The notes beneath the pieces are model-generated. The model did no database searches. It saw only the letters and a list, made by a program, of their open reading frames with translations, and was not told the DNA's origin. Both the position numbers and the translations under genes were made by a program. A stretch of DNA of 64,000 nucleotides from a virus, in IMG/VR virus record IMGVR_UViG_3300025137_000020, positions 1 through 64,000 of that record. One strand, given 5' to 3'. Shown here piece after piece: positions 8,891 through 17,256 of this stretch (position 1 is the first letter of the stretch; each line of letters starts with the position of its first letter).

Positions 8891-11043
8891 GGTTTTAATA
8901 TTACCTTTGCTTGTTTAATAATACCTTTTGGTCCAACTGATTTTTTTAAATATTTCACTAAAGCTTGAACTGCTTTTTTAAACGCGCCTTTAAAAGTAAA
9001 ATCTCCATCGTCTAAAACCATATTGCCCATCGCACGAATTGGAACCTTATAGTCAAACTTCCACGTGTCATTGCCTTTAGGTCTTTGACCTCCGTGTTTA
9101 GATGACCATTTTAATATATCAATATTAAACGGAATAGAGCCAAAGATTTCTTCTAATTCCCTTTCTTGCAAACTCTGAGCGTGCTCTTTAAAAGTAGTCT
9201 GTTCTACCACGTTGAGGTCTTTAAATTTCTTTTGTACTTCTGGGTGCCACTGATATGTCGTATTAAGTTTTCCGGTTACACCCGACTTTGACCTTTGGGT
9301 TTTCATTGCAATAGGAATACGCTTGCCGTCTTTAGTTATAGCATATACAAAAATGTTTCTTCCGGTAATCGCGCCAGTCTTCGAGTTCTTAGTAACCTCT
9401 TCACCATCACCTGGTTTACCAACATCGAAGTGAGTAATAAAATCGTCGGTAGATTCTATATTAAGTGCAGCTTTGATTTGCTCAGCTTCTACTACAGTAC
9501 CGCCCATATTTAAATTAAACAGGCCTGGATATTTTCCTACGCCTTCACCATCTTCACCATCGACAACTCCAAGATGGAGCTTATCAATTATATTCTTGCC
9601 TTCAAGATAGTCTCCTAACCCTTTAGATTCTCCGTTCGGCAATTTGATTTGCGTTTGATTTAGCTTATCGTTAGTTTCTCTTTGTACGTCTAAGCTTCTT
9701 TTCTTAATCTTGCCTAAGTTGACCTTAACATCGTTTTGAGCGCCGACTCTTTGAATCAGCTTAATCATATCCGTCGAAGGCTCTTTGGTTTTATTAGGAT
9801 CAGCCATGTAATCAATAAATGCTTTAAGCTGCTCTTCTTCACTAGCATCGTCTGCAACCGAAAATCTATTCTTAGTCTTAGTTCCTGTAAAGATTGATTT
9901 CTTACCGCCGACAAATCTAGACGCAACTAAAGGGTCTGCTTTTATCTTTTCAATAGCAGCTGTCATATCTACCTTCTGTAGACCTTGCCCTAGTGGTACT
10001 CCGACATCTTTAAGTGCAGCTTCAGCTGAGATCAAAGCCTTCTGACCATCTTCGATAATTGCGATGGCTTTAGCTTTTGTTTCTTCTTTAAGTTTTAAGC
10101 CAGAAATGACATCTTTCATTTGGTCTGACTCTTTGTTAGGTGTTGAATTGGCTTGGATATCTGATGTCGAAATCTTATCCGAGTGGAATGTTACAACTCC
10201 TCGGCCTTTGTTATCAATTGCAATTGAGGAAGTATCGGACGGATTCTCTCCACCACCACTCACTCTTATAAATTCTACTAATTGGGCTCTAGGAATCTCT
10301 ACACCTTTATTAGTATAAAAAGGACCTGCACTAGCTTTGATTAATTCGACCTGTGCTTCGATTGACTGTGAATGGCCATAGAAATTTCTAATTTTAGCTG
10401 GGGGAATAACTTTGCCGTCTTCAGCAAGTGCGTCAATCGCTTTAGTCATTTTCTTATGTTTTTGCATGCCAGACTTGGCAGTAGAACCCATAAGAGCAAA
10501 TAGCTTTTTATCTAAGCCTTCTCGTTCTCCTCTTTTAAATGTCTCACCGCCTGAGTTCTGTTTACCGAGGGTAGTGTCTTTGACTTGATTGTATAAAGCT
10601 CTCTGAAGTTCTTCTTCGGTAATATCTGGTTTAAGTGTAATAATGTTGGACGCTTCACCCGACATAATTTCCTGCATCATCGACCCCGCGTTTCCAGGTG
10701 CTGGTTTAAACCCATCTACTTCATTATAGCCAATATCTAATCCTTTCTGCTTAATGGCTCCATCAGAAAATTTGTCATCTCTGTCTCCTAGCTTTCCACG
10801 AGAAGGTGCATTTGACGTCGCAGTTGATTTTTTAGAAGGTTGAGCTTTATCAGATGGCGTTGTGTCTGATTTAGGGTCTGCTTTGGCAATTGGTTCTAAC
10901 CTTTTTCCGTCGTCAGATGCTTTGAAAGACGGTTTATCGCCTTTCTTTTTTCCATATACACCTCGGCCAAAATGGACTAATCCCATTTTCTTGGCTTTGT
11001 CTGATGCTTCTGATTCGTGTAACTTAAAACTTTTAATTGACAT
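8887..11043 (-). CDS. Large modular predicted internal head protein, function unknown
   Basis: CTS-like start MSIKSFKLHE|S followed by an ASDKAKKMGL...GRGVYG module. Internal FKEH...LQE/LEE site precedes a small C-terminal module. Late promoter at 11090-11097. Confidence 0.55.
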   Translation of the reverse strand: MSIKSFKLHESEASDKAKKMGLVHFGRGVYGKKKGDKPSFKASDDGKRLEPIAKADPKSDTTPSDKAQPSKKSTATSNAPSRGKLGDRDDKFSDGAIKQKGLDIGYNEVDGFKPAPGNAGSMMQEIMSGEASNIITLKPDITEEELQRALYNQVKDTTLGKQNSGGETFKRGEREGLDKKLFALMGSTAKSGMQKHKKMTKAIDALAEDGKVIPPAKIRNFYGHSQSIEAQVELIKASAGPFYTNKGVEIPRAQLVEFIRVSGGGENPSDTSSIAIDNKGRGVVTFHSDKISTSDIQANSTPNKESDQMKDVISGLKLKEETKAKAIAIIEDGQKALISAEAALKDVGVPLGQGLQKVDMTAAIEKIKADPLVASRFVGGKKSIFTGTKTKNRFSVADDASEEEQLKAFIDYMADPNKTKEPSTDMIKLIQRVGAQNDVKVNLGKIKKRSLDVQRETNDKLNQTQIKLPNGESKGLGDYLEGKNIIDKLHLGVVDGEDGEGVGKYPGLFNLNMGGTVVEAEQIKAALNIESTDDFITHFDVGKPGDGEEVTKNSKTGAITGRNIFVYAITKDGKRIPIAMKTQRSKSGVTGKLNTTYQWHPEVQKKFKDLNVVEQTTFKEHAQSLQERELEEIFGSIPFNIDILKWSSKHGGQRPKGNDTWKFDYKVPIRAMGNMVLDDGDFTFKGAFKKAVQALVKYLKKSVGPKGIIKQAKVILKP

Positions 11044-11089
11044 GCAGTGTTCCCATAAAAATAAAATTGTTAGGTCATTCTAACAATAC

Positions 11090-11097
11090 TATTTATA
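11090..11097 (-). promoter_or_regulatory. T4-type late promoter TATAAATA heading the head-cargo cluster
   Basis: Exact consensus, followed by a hairpin ATTGTTAG...CTAACAAT in the leader. Confidence 0.8.
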
Positions 11098-11109
11098 AGA
11101 AAAACTATT

Positions 11110-11571
11110 TTAAGTGGGGTCGTTTATAAAGCCGCCTCTAATATTTTTATCGTCAATCCATTGGTTAAATAATCCTAGTTCCATACCATACGCTTCGATT
11201 TCCCATGGCAATTCCCAATACTTGTCTGTAGTACGATATCGTTTACCATACCACGCTGAATACGAAATTGACTCTGTGTGTGCCAGTTCTTTTCGTGAGA
11301 ACTGTTTGACATGAACCATCTCGTGAGCTACGGATAGCAGTTTCTTACGAAGTGACATACCTTTGTCGACTTTGATTTCGAATGTATTTAAGTCTTCGGT
11401 GTCAATGCAGTTAGCCCAATCGCCTTCTGTATCTCTAAGATTGGTTACTTGTACAATATCAACCTCTAGGTTTTTCTTTCGAGGCATCATCTTGTATACA
11501 CAATAATAAGCAAGAGACACGATTAGTTCCCGCTCGCGCTTAGGACCGGTGGTTTCTATGGTTATTGCCAT
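11110..11571 (-). CDS. HExxH zinc metallopeptidase-like protein
   Basis: VAHEMVHVKQ zincin motif with downstream YWELPWEIEAY (third-ligand E). Confidence 0.75.
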   Translation of the reverse strand: MAITIETTGPKRERELIVSLAYYCVYKMMPRKKNLEVDIVQVTNLRDTEGDWANCIDTEDLNTFEIKVDKGMSLRKKLLSVAHEMVHVKQFSRKELAHTESISYSAWYGKRYRTTDKYWELPWEIEAYGMELGLFNQWIDDKNIRGGFINDPT

Positions 11572-11957
11572 TAATAAACGATCTCTTTAGTTTTTAGAAC
11601 ATCTTCTTTAGCGGTCGATTTGAAAAACTCATCGACGTTGTGAGCCTTGTCATCAATCCAAACATCATAGTGTGGTTTGCCAACTTTGAAGCTGCTGTAT
11701 TTTACACCCCACTTGTCTAACTGATTCTTAGTCAGCTCATGCTTAGCGTGGTAGTTGCCAGTGCTCGAACCTCGAGCTGTGTAATAATTAATTGTGTGAC
11801 CTTTATCGTGAAGGTCGTTGAAGTATTGGATTCGGTCCATGTAAGGTACCGCACGGGTTTCGTCATTGTCAATTCTCCCGTCTTTGTTGAGGTAGAGCTC
11901 AAGAGAACAAATCGTTCCGTCGATGTCTACTATGAATGTTTTTAAGTTATCTGCCAT
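11571..11957 (-). CDS. HAD-superfamily phosphatase (small, EcbF/BcbF-like)
   Basis: FIVDIDGTIC (DxDGT), YYTARG, GKPHYDVWIDDKA. Confidence 0.8.
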   Translation of the reverse strand: MADNLKTFIVDIDGTICSLELYLNKDGRIDNDETRAVPYMDRIQYFNDLHDKGHTINYYTARGSSTGNYHAKHELTKNQLDKWGVKYSSFKVGKPHYDVWIDDKAHNVDEFFKSTAKEDVLKTKEIVY

Positions 11958-11961
11958 ATAT

Positions 11962-12177
11962 TTACCTTTCTAAAATTACGAAATGCCCGAAGTAATTGTC
12001 GAACACGTTTATTAAATTATCATAATCACCAGATCGCATCTCTGATAATATTGTGTTTGTGTCAAATCCCAGCTGCTTTCCAAGTCGAGTAGCTGTTCCC
12101 ATTAGAGCAAATGCATTACCATCTGGTCCTGTCAAATCGATGACGGTTTCTGAGTTTTTAGTTTTTTCCCTTATCAT
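11962..12177 (-). CDS. Conserved phage hypothetical protein
   Basis: IDLTGPDGNAFALMG...EMRSGDYDNL motif. ATG 12177 lies just after a sigma70 -10 box; the ORF-track TTG start lies inside the promoter. Confidence 0.7.
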   Translation of the reverse strand: MIREKTKNSETVIDLTGPDGNAFALMGTATRLGKQLGFDTNTILSEMRSGDYDNLINVFDNYFGHFVILER

Positions 12178-12183
12178 AGTTAT

Positions 12184-12212
12184 ATTATACCATATTTTGG
12201 CCAAATTGTCTA
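12184..12212 (-). promoter_or_regulatory. Early sigma70-type promoter (TAGACA-17-TATAAT, extended -10)
   Basis: TAGACA atttggccaaaatatgg TATAAT, with TG at the extended -10 position. Confidence 0.8.
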
Positions 12213-12307
12213 CCGTTTTCTTGATTCACAAGTCCTTGACTGCCAAGAGGTTCATTAAATAGTTTTAAAAATCGTAAAAAACTCATAAGTGGTACAGCCG
12301 CAAGGGG

Positions 12308-12799
12308 TTATGCAGATATCGCTTCGAAGTGAGCTAGAGCCTCTTCTTCGGAGTTCGCTTCATGTCCGTCTTCAAAGACATACTGAACACTATAGTGACT
12401 CGAATCGCCTGAACGCAGTGCTTCAGCATTAGGAAATATCCAAGCATGTTTGTAACGCTTTAGTCCTTGCCGCAAGTCTTCGGTTCCGCTATGTCGCTCT
12501 CTTACGATGGTGCCATCTTCACAAATGGCCAAATATGTTCTGTCTTGCCAAGGTTCCCAAAGGGTGTTTTCATGCCATTCTGAAAAATCTTCGATGCTAA
12601 TAATACTCTCTTCTGAGTACTCACTTGAGTACGCAATGGTATTGTTGATTACTCCACTCGAAGTAGAATCGACGGAGCCATAAACCACATAGGTTTCTCC
12701 ACCCTTGTTCTTCCAGTACTGAGGACATTCCCCAGTGCCATCCCAATCGTGGGAGCCATAGTTTTCGCGATATTGTGTCTGTACGATTTTTTTTGCCAT
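12308..12799 (-). CDS. Conserved phage hypothetical protein
   Basis: TQYRENYGSHDWDGTGECPQYWKNKGG motif recurrent in marine T4-like phages. Confidence 0.65.
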   Translation of the reverse strand: MAKKIVQTQYRENYGSHDWDGTGECPQYWKNKGGETYVVYGSVDSTSSGVINNTIAYSSEYSEESIISIEDFSEWHENTLWEPWQDRTYLAICEDGTIVRERHSGTEDLRQGLKRYKHAWIFPNAEALRSGDSSHYSVQYVFEDGHEANSEEEALAHFEAISA

Positions 12800-12801
12800 A
12801 A

Positions 12802-13002
12802 TTATTTTACTAGGTGTTGTTCTACCGCTCGCAATTGAACATCTGCTCGGATAGAGAAAAAGGTCTTATGTTGAAGGTTTACGTTGTAATCCATAGCGAT
12901 GTCACGAGTGATTTCGTTATGCTCGCCAGTGCGAGTATTGGTGAGGTCGAATATGTTGCCATATCCTTTGTAGTCGATGATGTAGTTTATTACGTTTTCC
13001 AT
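12802..13002 (-). CDS. Hypothetical protein (early)
   Basis: 66-aa ORF tightly packed within the operon. Confidence 0.55.
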   Translation of the reverse strand: MENVINYIIDYKGYGNIFDLTNTRTGEHNEITRDIAMDYNVNLQHKTFFSIRADVQLRAVEQHLVK

Positions 13003-13005
13003 AGT

Positions 13006-13104
13006 TTAAGCGGGGATTGAGATTACCAAGCCATAGTAAAACATGGCTCCAAATAGTGCTCCCATTAAGGAGGCGATGAGTGTGTCTAGTATTATTTTTT
13101 TCAT
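13006..13104 (-). CDS. Small membrane peptide (32 aa)
   Basis: Below the ORF-track cutoff. MKKIILDTLIASLMGALFGAMFYYGLVISIPA; purine-rich AGAAAGAAAGGGAAC upstream; first ORF after a promoter; stop 3 nt before the next ATG. Confidence 0.6.
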   Translation of the reverse strand: MKKIILDTLIASLMGALFGAMFYYGLVISIPA

Positions 13105-13126
13105 AGTTCCCTTTCTTTCTAATACT

Positions 13127-13155
13127 ATTATACCATATTTGGGCACATTTGTATA
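13127..13155 (-). promoter_or_regulatory. Early sigma70-type promoter (TATACA-17-TATAAT, extended -10)
   Basis: TATACA aatgtgcccaaatatgg TATAAT; paralogous to the promoter at 12184-12212. Confidence 0.75.
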
Positions 13156-13250
13156 CTAAAATCTTCGACTAAAAGTCGTTGATAACGAACAGGTTACCGA
13201 ACATGACTAAAAACTCTTAAAGTTTTTGTATCTGATACAGCCGCAAGGAC

Positions 13251-14954
13251 TTACGCACTTTTCATCTTTGAGAAGTTGTTGACCTTCTCAAACGTCAGTT
13301 TATTCTCGAATTTACCGTCCAAAACGTCCGCCTTGTGGGATATAATAAAGGTATTTGTGTCGTCGTCGAGTGTACCTAGTATCTTCAGTAGATTGTCTAC
13401 GCCATCTGTATCTAGGCTCGAGTCAAATGTCTCGTCCAATATCAGTAGATTTGTGTTGGTTGAGTTCTTCATACGGGCGATCTGTCGCCACGTAAACATT
13501 AAAGATAGGTCGATACGAGACTTCTCGCCTTCTGAAAAGCTCGAGTACGAAAAGTCATCTCTGTGTCTAGACCTAATAGTCTCATTGAACGATTCGTCAA
13601 TATTGAATAGTACAAAGAAGTCTAGAACCTGCAGATACTGGTTAATTAGCTTGTTAATCACCGGCAAGTATTGCTTAATAACTTTTGACTTAATTCCACC
13701 ATCTCTTAGTAGTTCATCTACTGCCTGTGAGTAACTTAGCAACTCAGTAAATTCGGCATGGTCTTTAGAATGCTGGTTTAATGACTCGTATAGTTTAGTA
13801 AGAGACTTTTCGGCATCTGATGTGTCATTAGTTTTACCGAGCTTCTCTTGAAGTGTTTGTACTCTAGATAGCAGGGTTGCGACTTTACCAGCGTTCTCGT
13901 TAATATCTTGACCTACATTTCTTATTCGAACCAGCTCTGTCTGAGTCGCATTGAATAGTTCTTCAGTCTTACCAAGCTCTGATCGTAAAGAGTCTTTGCC
14001 TTCTGCTAATGCAGTAAGTTTTGTACTAGCCTTTAATAGAGCTGCAGATTTAATTTCGTCAGATATCTGTTGAGTGCAGGTTGGACAGGTTGTATTCTTA
14101 GTAAAGAATAGTTGTTCTGCTTTATACCTTTCAGCTTTAGATTGCATTTGCCCTTCAAACTTATTGAGCTCATTCTGCTTGTTTCGCAATCTAGTAATAT
14201 CGTCTTCAGTCACCTCAGTTATAAGTTGCTCTCTGAGCACCTCATTCTTTTCATTCAATGCTTTGGCTTGGTCATTGAGCTCGGTGATTTCGTCTTCTAC
14301 TTCTTTGGTCTTAGTATCATCAATCGATTGCAGTTCTTTAATGTGAGATTCTTGAAGTGTGATCTTCTGTCTTTGGAGTTCAATCTGGCTATCACTGTAT
14401 CCAATCTCATTACGGAGTTTAGTGAGCTTCTCTTTTAGAACATGACTCATCTTTGTAAAGATACCAATGTCAAGCAAGTCTTCTATCACTTCCCGTCTAT
14501 GGTGAGAAGGTAATTGCATAAATGGTATAAAGTTAGATGAACCAAGTACTACAATCTGGTGGAATGATTTGTGGTTAAGCTTAAGAATATTGTTCTCGAG
14601 CACCTTTTGATAATCTCGGGCATGAGATTCTTGGTTGTACATTTCACCATTACGCCATATCTCAAACTTGTTAGGTTTGATTCCTCTTATCACTTTATAG
14701 TTAGTAGTGCCAATAGAGAACTCCACTGTCACTTCAGTCTTTTTTTGATTGATACTATTAACTAGCTGTGGTTTGTTAATATTGCGATGAGCCTTCCCAA
14801 ACAGTGCGAACGACAAAGCATCTAACATTGTAGATTTTCCAGAGCCATTTGCTCCTACTACCAATGTGGTTTTATGACCTGATAGATGTACTTTAGTTGC
14901 TTTATCACCGGACGAGAGAAAGTTCTTGTACTCGATAGATTCAAATTTAATCAT
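13251..14954 (-). CDS. gp46: Recombination endonuclease subunit (Rad50/SbcC-like ATPase)
   Basis: Walker A GANGSGKS, zinc hook CPTC, signature FSEGEK, Walker B LLILDE, coiled coils. Confidence 0.97.
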   Translation of the reverse strand: MIKFESIEYKNFLSSGDKATKVHLSGHKTTLVVGANGSGKSTMLDALSFALFGKAHRNINKPQLVNSINQKKTEVTVEFSIGTTNYKVIRGIKPNKFEIWRNGEMYNQESHARDYQKVLENNILKLNHKSFHQIVVLGSSNFIPFMQLPSHHRREVIEDLLDIGIFTKMSHVLKEKLTKLRNEIGYSDSQIELQRQKITLQESHIKELQSIDDTKTKEVEDEITELNDQAKALNEKNEVLREQLITEVTEDDITRLRNKQNELNKFEGQMQSKAERYKAEQLFFTKNTTCPTCTQQISDEIKSAALLKASTKLTALAEGKDSLRSELGKTEELFNATQTELVRIRNVGQDINENAGKVATLLSRVQTLQEKLGKTNDTSDAEKSLTKLYESLNQHSKDHAEFTELLSYSQAVDELLRDGGIKSKVIKQYLPVINKLINQYLQVLDFFVLFNIDESFNETIRSRHRDDFSYSSFSEGEKSRIDLSLMFTWRQIARMKNSTNTNLLILDETFDSSLDTDGVDNLLKILGTLDDDTNTFIISHKADVLDGKFENKLTFEKVNNFSKMKSA

Positions 14955-16003
14955 ATAGCTTCTATTTCTAATGCTTCCGTATGAAGCTCACTTAGAATGG
15001 TTTTCAATTTTCTTTTACTTAATTTGGATTCAATAGCATCGACATATGTGTTGAGCAATGATTGAGTATCTTCAAGATTGATTTCTTCATCGGCGATGGT
15101 CTCTGCTGATAAGTCTCCAAAGTTTTCTACAATCTTCAAGTCTGTTGGATTAAGAGCTTGTACTCTATCTACATATTTATCAAACTCGTACGCGTTAGTT
15201 TTTTCCGATACGATAATCTTTACATACTTACCATGTACATCGGTGTAATCTGATTGTTCGTCATCAGAGTAATATAGCTTACGGAACAGTGTGTATGGAT
15301 TCCTCACCGGAGTCATCTCGCGGGTTTCAGTGTCAAAGATGTGGAAGTACTTTGGGTCGTGTGCATCAGACCAAGTCAGCTCAACTTGAGTACCAAGATA
15401 CGTAACGTTACTTTGACTTGACTTTGTGTGATAATGACCAGAATACACCGAATCAAATCGATTGAAGATTTCTGTACCCATACCATGTGAAGTGATATTG
15501 GTGTTAGCCATAAACTTAAACCCAGCTAGTTCGAAGTGGCCCATTAGAATTTGAGACTTGGTATTCTGAATAAAGTCCATACATTCTTTTTCATTCTCGG
15601 GGCATAGCCATGGTACTAAACCAATAGTAGTATCTTCAACCTCTAAGTCAGTCGGCTCCATGTGTATCTTAACACAATCGGTGTAGTGACCAAGGAGTTC
15701 TTTTAAAGAACAAAGGTCGTTAGTATTTTTATAATACACATCATGGTTACCAGGAACAATAGACATATTGATACCTTTAGACCTAATAACGTCAAGGAAC
15801 ATATGTCGATTTCGTTCAAGAGCTTTAAAATTAACAAATCTTCTATGGTCATAATAATCTCCTAAATGCAATATTTCTGTTATACCGTGTTCTTCTAGAT
15901 ACGGAAAGAATACCTTTGAGTAAAAGTCTTCTGCATTATCTAAGAACACATCACTGCCGTTCTTGACACCACAATGAGTGTCATTAATTATTGCTAGCTT
16001 CAT
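14951..16003 (-). CDS. gp47: Recombination endonuclease subunit (Mre11/SbcD-like)
   Basis: DTHCG, HLGDYYD, GNHD, GHFE, SGHYH metallophosphoesterase motifs; adjacent to gp46. Confidence 0.97.
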   Translation of the reverse strand: MKLAIINDTHCGVKNGSDVFLDNAEDFYSKVFFPYLEEHGITEILHLGDYYDHRRFVNFKALERNRHMFLDVIRSKGINMSIVPGNHDVYYKNTNDLCSLKELLGHYTDCVKIHMEPTDLEVEDTTIGLVPWLCPENEKECMDFIQNTKSQILMGHFELAGFKFMANTNITSHGMGTEIFNRFDSVYSGHYHTKSSQSNVTYLGTQVELTWSDAHDPKYFHIFDTETREMTPVRNPYTLFRKLYYSDDEQSDYTDVHGKYVKIIVSEKTNAYEFDKYVDRVQALNPTDLKIVENFGDLSAETIADEEINLEDTQSLLNTYVDAIESKLSKRKLKTILSELHTEALEIEAI

Positions 16004-16572
16004 TATTTAGTTTTACGCTTTTTGCGAGTGCTAAGACCGTGTTCATTAGCCCAGTCTCTTAAAGATTGGTCTTTGACCTTAACCGCATCAATTCGATTTT
16101 TAATTCTTTCGACAATGCTGTCACCCATATAACCACTATCACCTACATCCGCGAACGCTTCCATTCCAGAGTTTTCAATCCACTTCATCTTGATTTCCTG
16201 TTGTTTCTTCTCCTTAGCTATACGCCGCAGGAATGCGAAGTAGGATATCTGAGTGAAATACGCAAAGGCATTAGGTTTACCTGTTCGTGTTGCTGCTTCG
16301 ATGTTATAGTTATTAATAGCCTTAATACAATTCTCTACTGCATCCATTACCATTTCATCACGATAGGTGTATCGAACGAAGTTTGGTTTGTGTGATAGGC
16401 CTTCACAAATCTTTAGAAAACACGAGCCTATGTACTCAGGTATCTTTGGTTCTGTAGTTTCATTTTTAATAGCTTCGTTTGTCGCTCTCACGTGTTCTAC
16501 AACCGCTTCAGAAAAATCTCTGTTATTCACATAATGAGGTTTCTGTTTGGGTTTTAATTTCTCATTTTTCAT
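16003..16572 (-). CDS. gp55: Late-transcription sigma factor
   Basis: HYVNN, YIGSCFLKICEGLSHKPNF..YTYRDEM, NAFAYFTQI..AFLRRI.KEKKQ. ATG 16572 chosen because the ORF-track start lies within the promoter. Confidence 0.95.
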   Translation of the reverse strand: MKNEKLKPKQKPHYVNNRDFSEAVVEHVRATNEAIKNETTEPKIPEYIGSCFLKICEGLSHKPNFVRYTYRDEMVMDAVENCIKAINNYNIEAATRTGKPNAFAYFTQISYFAFLRRIAKEKKQQEIKMKWIENSGMEAFADVGDSGYMGDSIVERIKNRIDAVKVKDQSLRDWANEHGLSTRKKRKTK

Positions 16573-16578
16573 ATATAT

Positions 16579-16607
16579 AATATACACTGTTTTAAGGCAA
16601 ATGTAAA
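16579..16607 (-). promoter_or_regulatory. Sigma70-type promoter of gp55 (TTTACA-17-TATATT)
   Basis: TTTACA tttgccttaaaacagtg TATATT, 6 nt before ATG 16572. Confidence 0.75.
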
Positions 16608-16650
16608 ACCTTTTTTTCTTTATCTTTGATTAAAAAATGCACTGTTTATC

Positions 16651-16679
16651 TTGACGCTTGCTGCCAGTTTTGGTATAAT
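16651..16679 (+). promoter_or_regulatory. Sigma70-type promoter on + strand (TTGACG-17-TATAAT), antisense to 16687-17208
   Basis: TTGACG cttgctgccagttttgg TATAAT: near-perfect consensus with extended -10. Confidence 0.7.
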
Positions 16680-16686
16680 GATTAAA

Positions 16687-17208
16687 TCAATTATCAAAAG
16701 AATCCGTATCATCTCGCTTAGGTCCTTCGACCGGCTTCCATTCCATTCTATTCCTCCAAGGAGAGAGAATGTCTTCATCCTCTGTTGAATCTTTAGGTTC
16801 AAGACCATCTATTAATGATTGAAGAAACTCAAAAGGATTTGGTGTTACTTTACCATCTTCTTCTGTATCATCGTCATCAATTAACTCATCGTCTTCTTCT
16901 AGTCTATTCCGAATAAGTACTTTTGAGTAAAACTTTTTCATCTTAAACGTAGCTTCATGATATGTTATGATATTGTGCTGATCAATGAATACCTCAGTCG
17001 CGTCACAACCAAATAACCATTCATGCATACCTATTTGAGCTACGCCTCTACTAGTTTCAAGATCGATTGAATAAGGCTGCGATAGAATAAATGGTAATTC
17101 TTCTTCTGGTGGTTCTTCTACTATCCTTGCTATGATAGTCTCGCCAGTTATTAATTTAAAAACTGTAACGGGTAAAGAATCTAGGTATTCGTTTAATTCG
17201 TCGCTCAT
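16687..17208 (-). CDS. Conserved hypothetical protein (Sm-like fold) normally between uvsW and gp55
   Basis: VFKLITGETIIARI N-terminal motif, W-L-F motif, acidic tail; syntenic position. Confidence 0.65.
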   Translation of the reverse strand: MSDELNEYLDSLPVTVFKLITGETIIARIVEEPPEEELPFILSQPYSIDLETSRGVAQIGMHEWLFGCDATEVFIDQHNIITYHEATFKMKKFYSKVLIRNRLEEDDELIDDDDTEEDGKVTPNPFEFLQSLIDGLEPKDSTEDEDILSPWRNRMEWKPVEGPKRDDTDSFDN

Positions 17209-17224
17209 TGTAAGTCCTTTTTAT

Positions 17225-17232
17225 TATAAATA
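17225..17232 (+). promoter_or_regulatory. T4-type late promoter for the inverted cassette
   Basis: TATAAATA 34 nt upstream of ATG 17267. Confidence 0.75.
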
Positions 17233-17256
17233 GAGTTATAATTAACCCCACATAAG

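Noticed and set aside
11571-11957. HAD phosphatase as the 3'-phosphatase partner of the kinase/ligase-like pair
   Set aside because: It is in the early operon, lacks a CTS-like start and resembles the EcbF/BcbF-type family rather than the Pnk phosphatase. The linkage is not supported.
16620-16808. 62-aa minus-strand ORF overlapping the 3' end of the Sm-like gene
   Set aside because: Overlaps a better-supported gene and runs across two promoters; no motif support.
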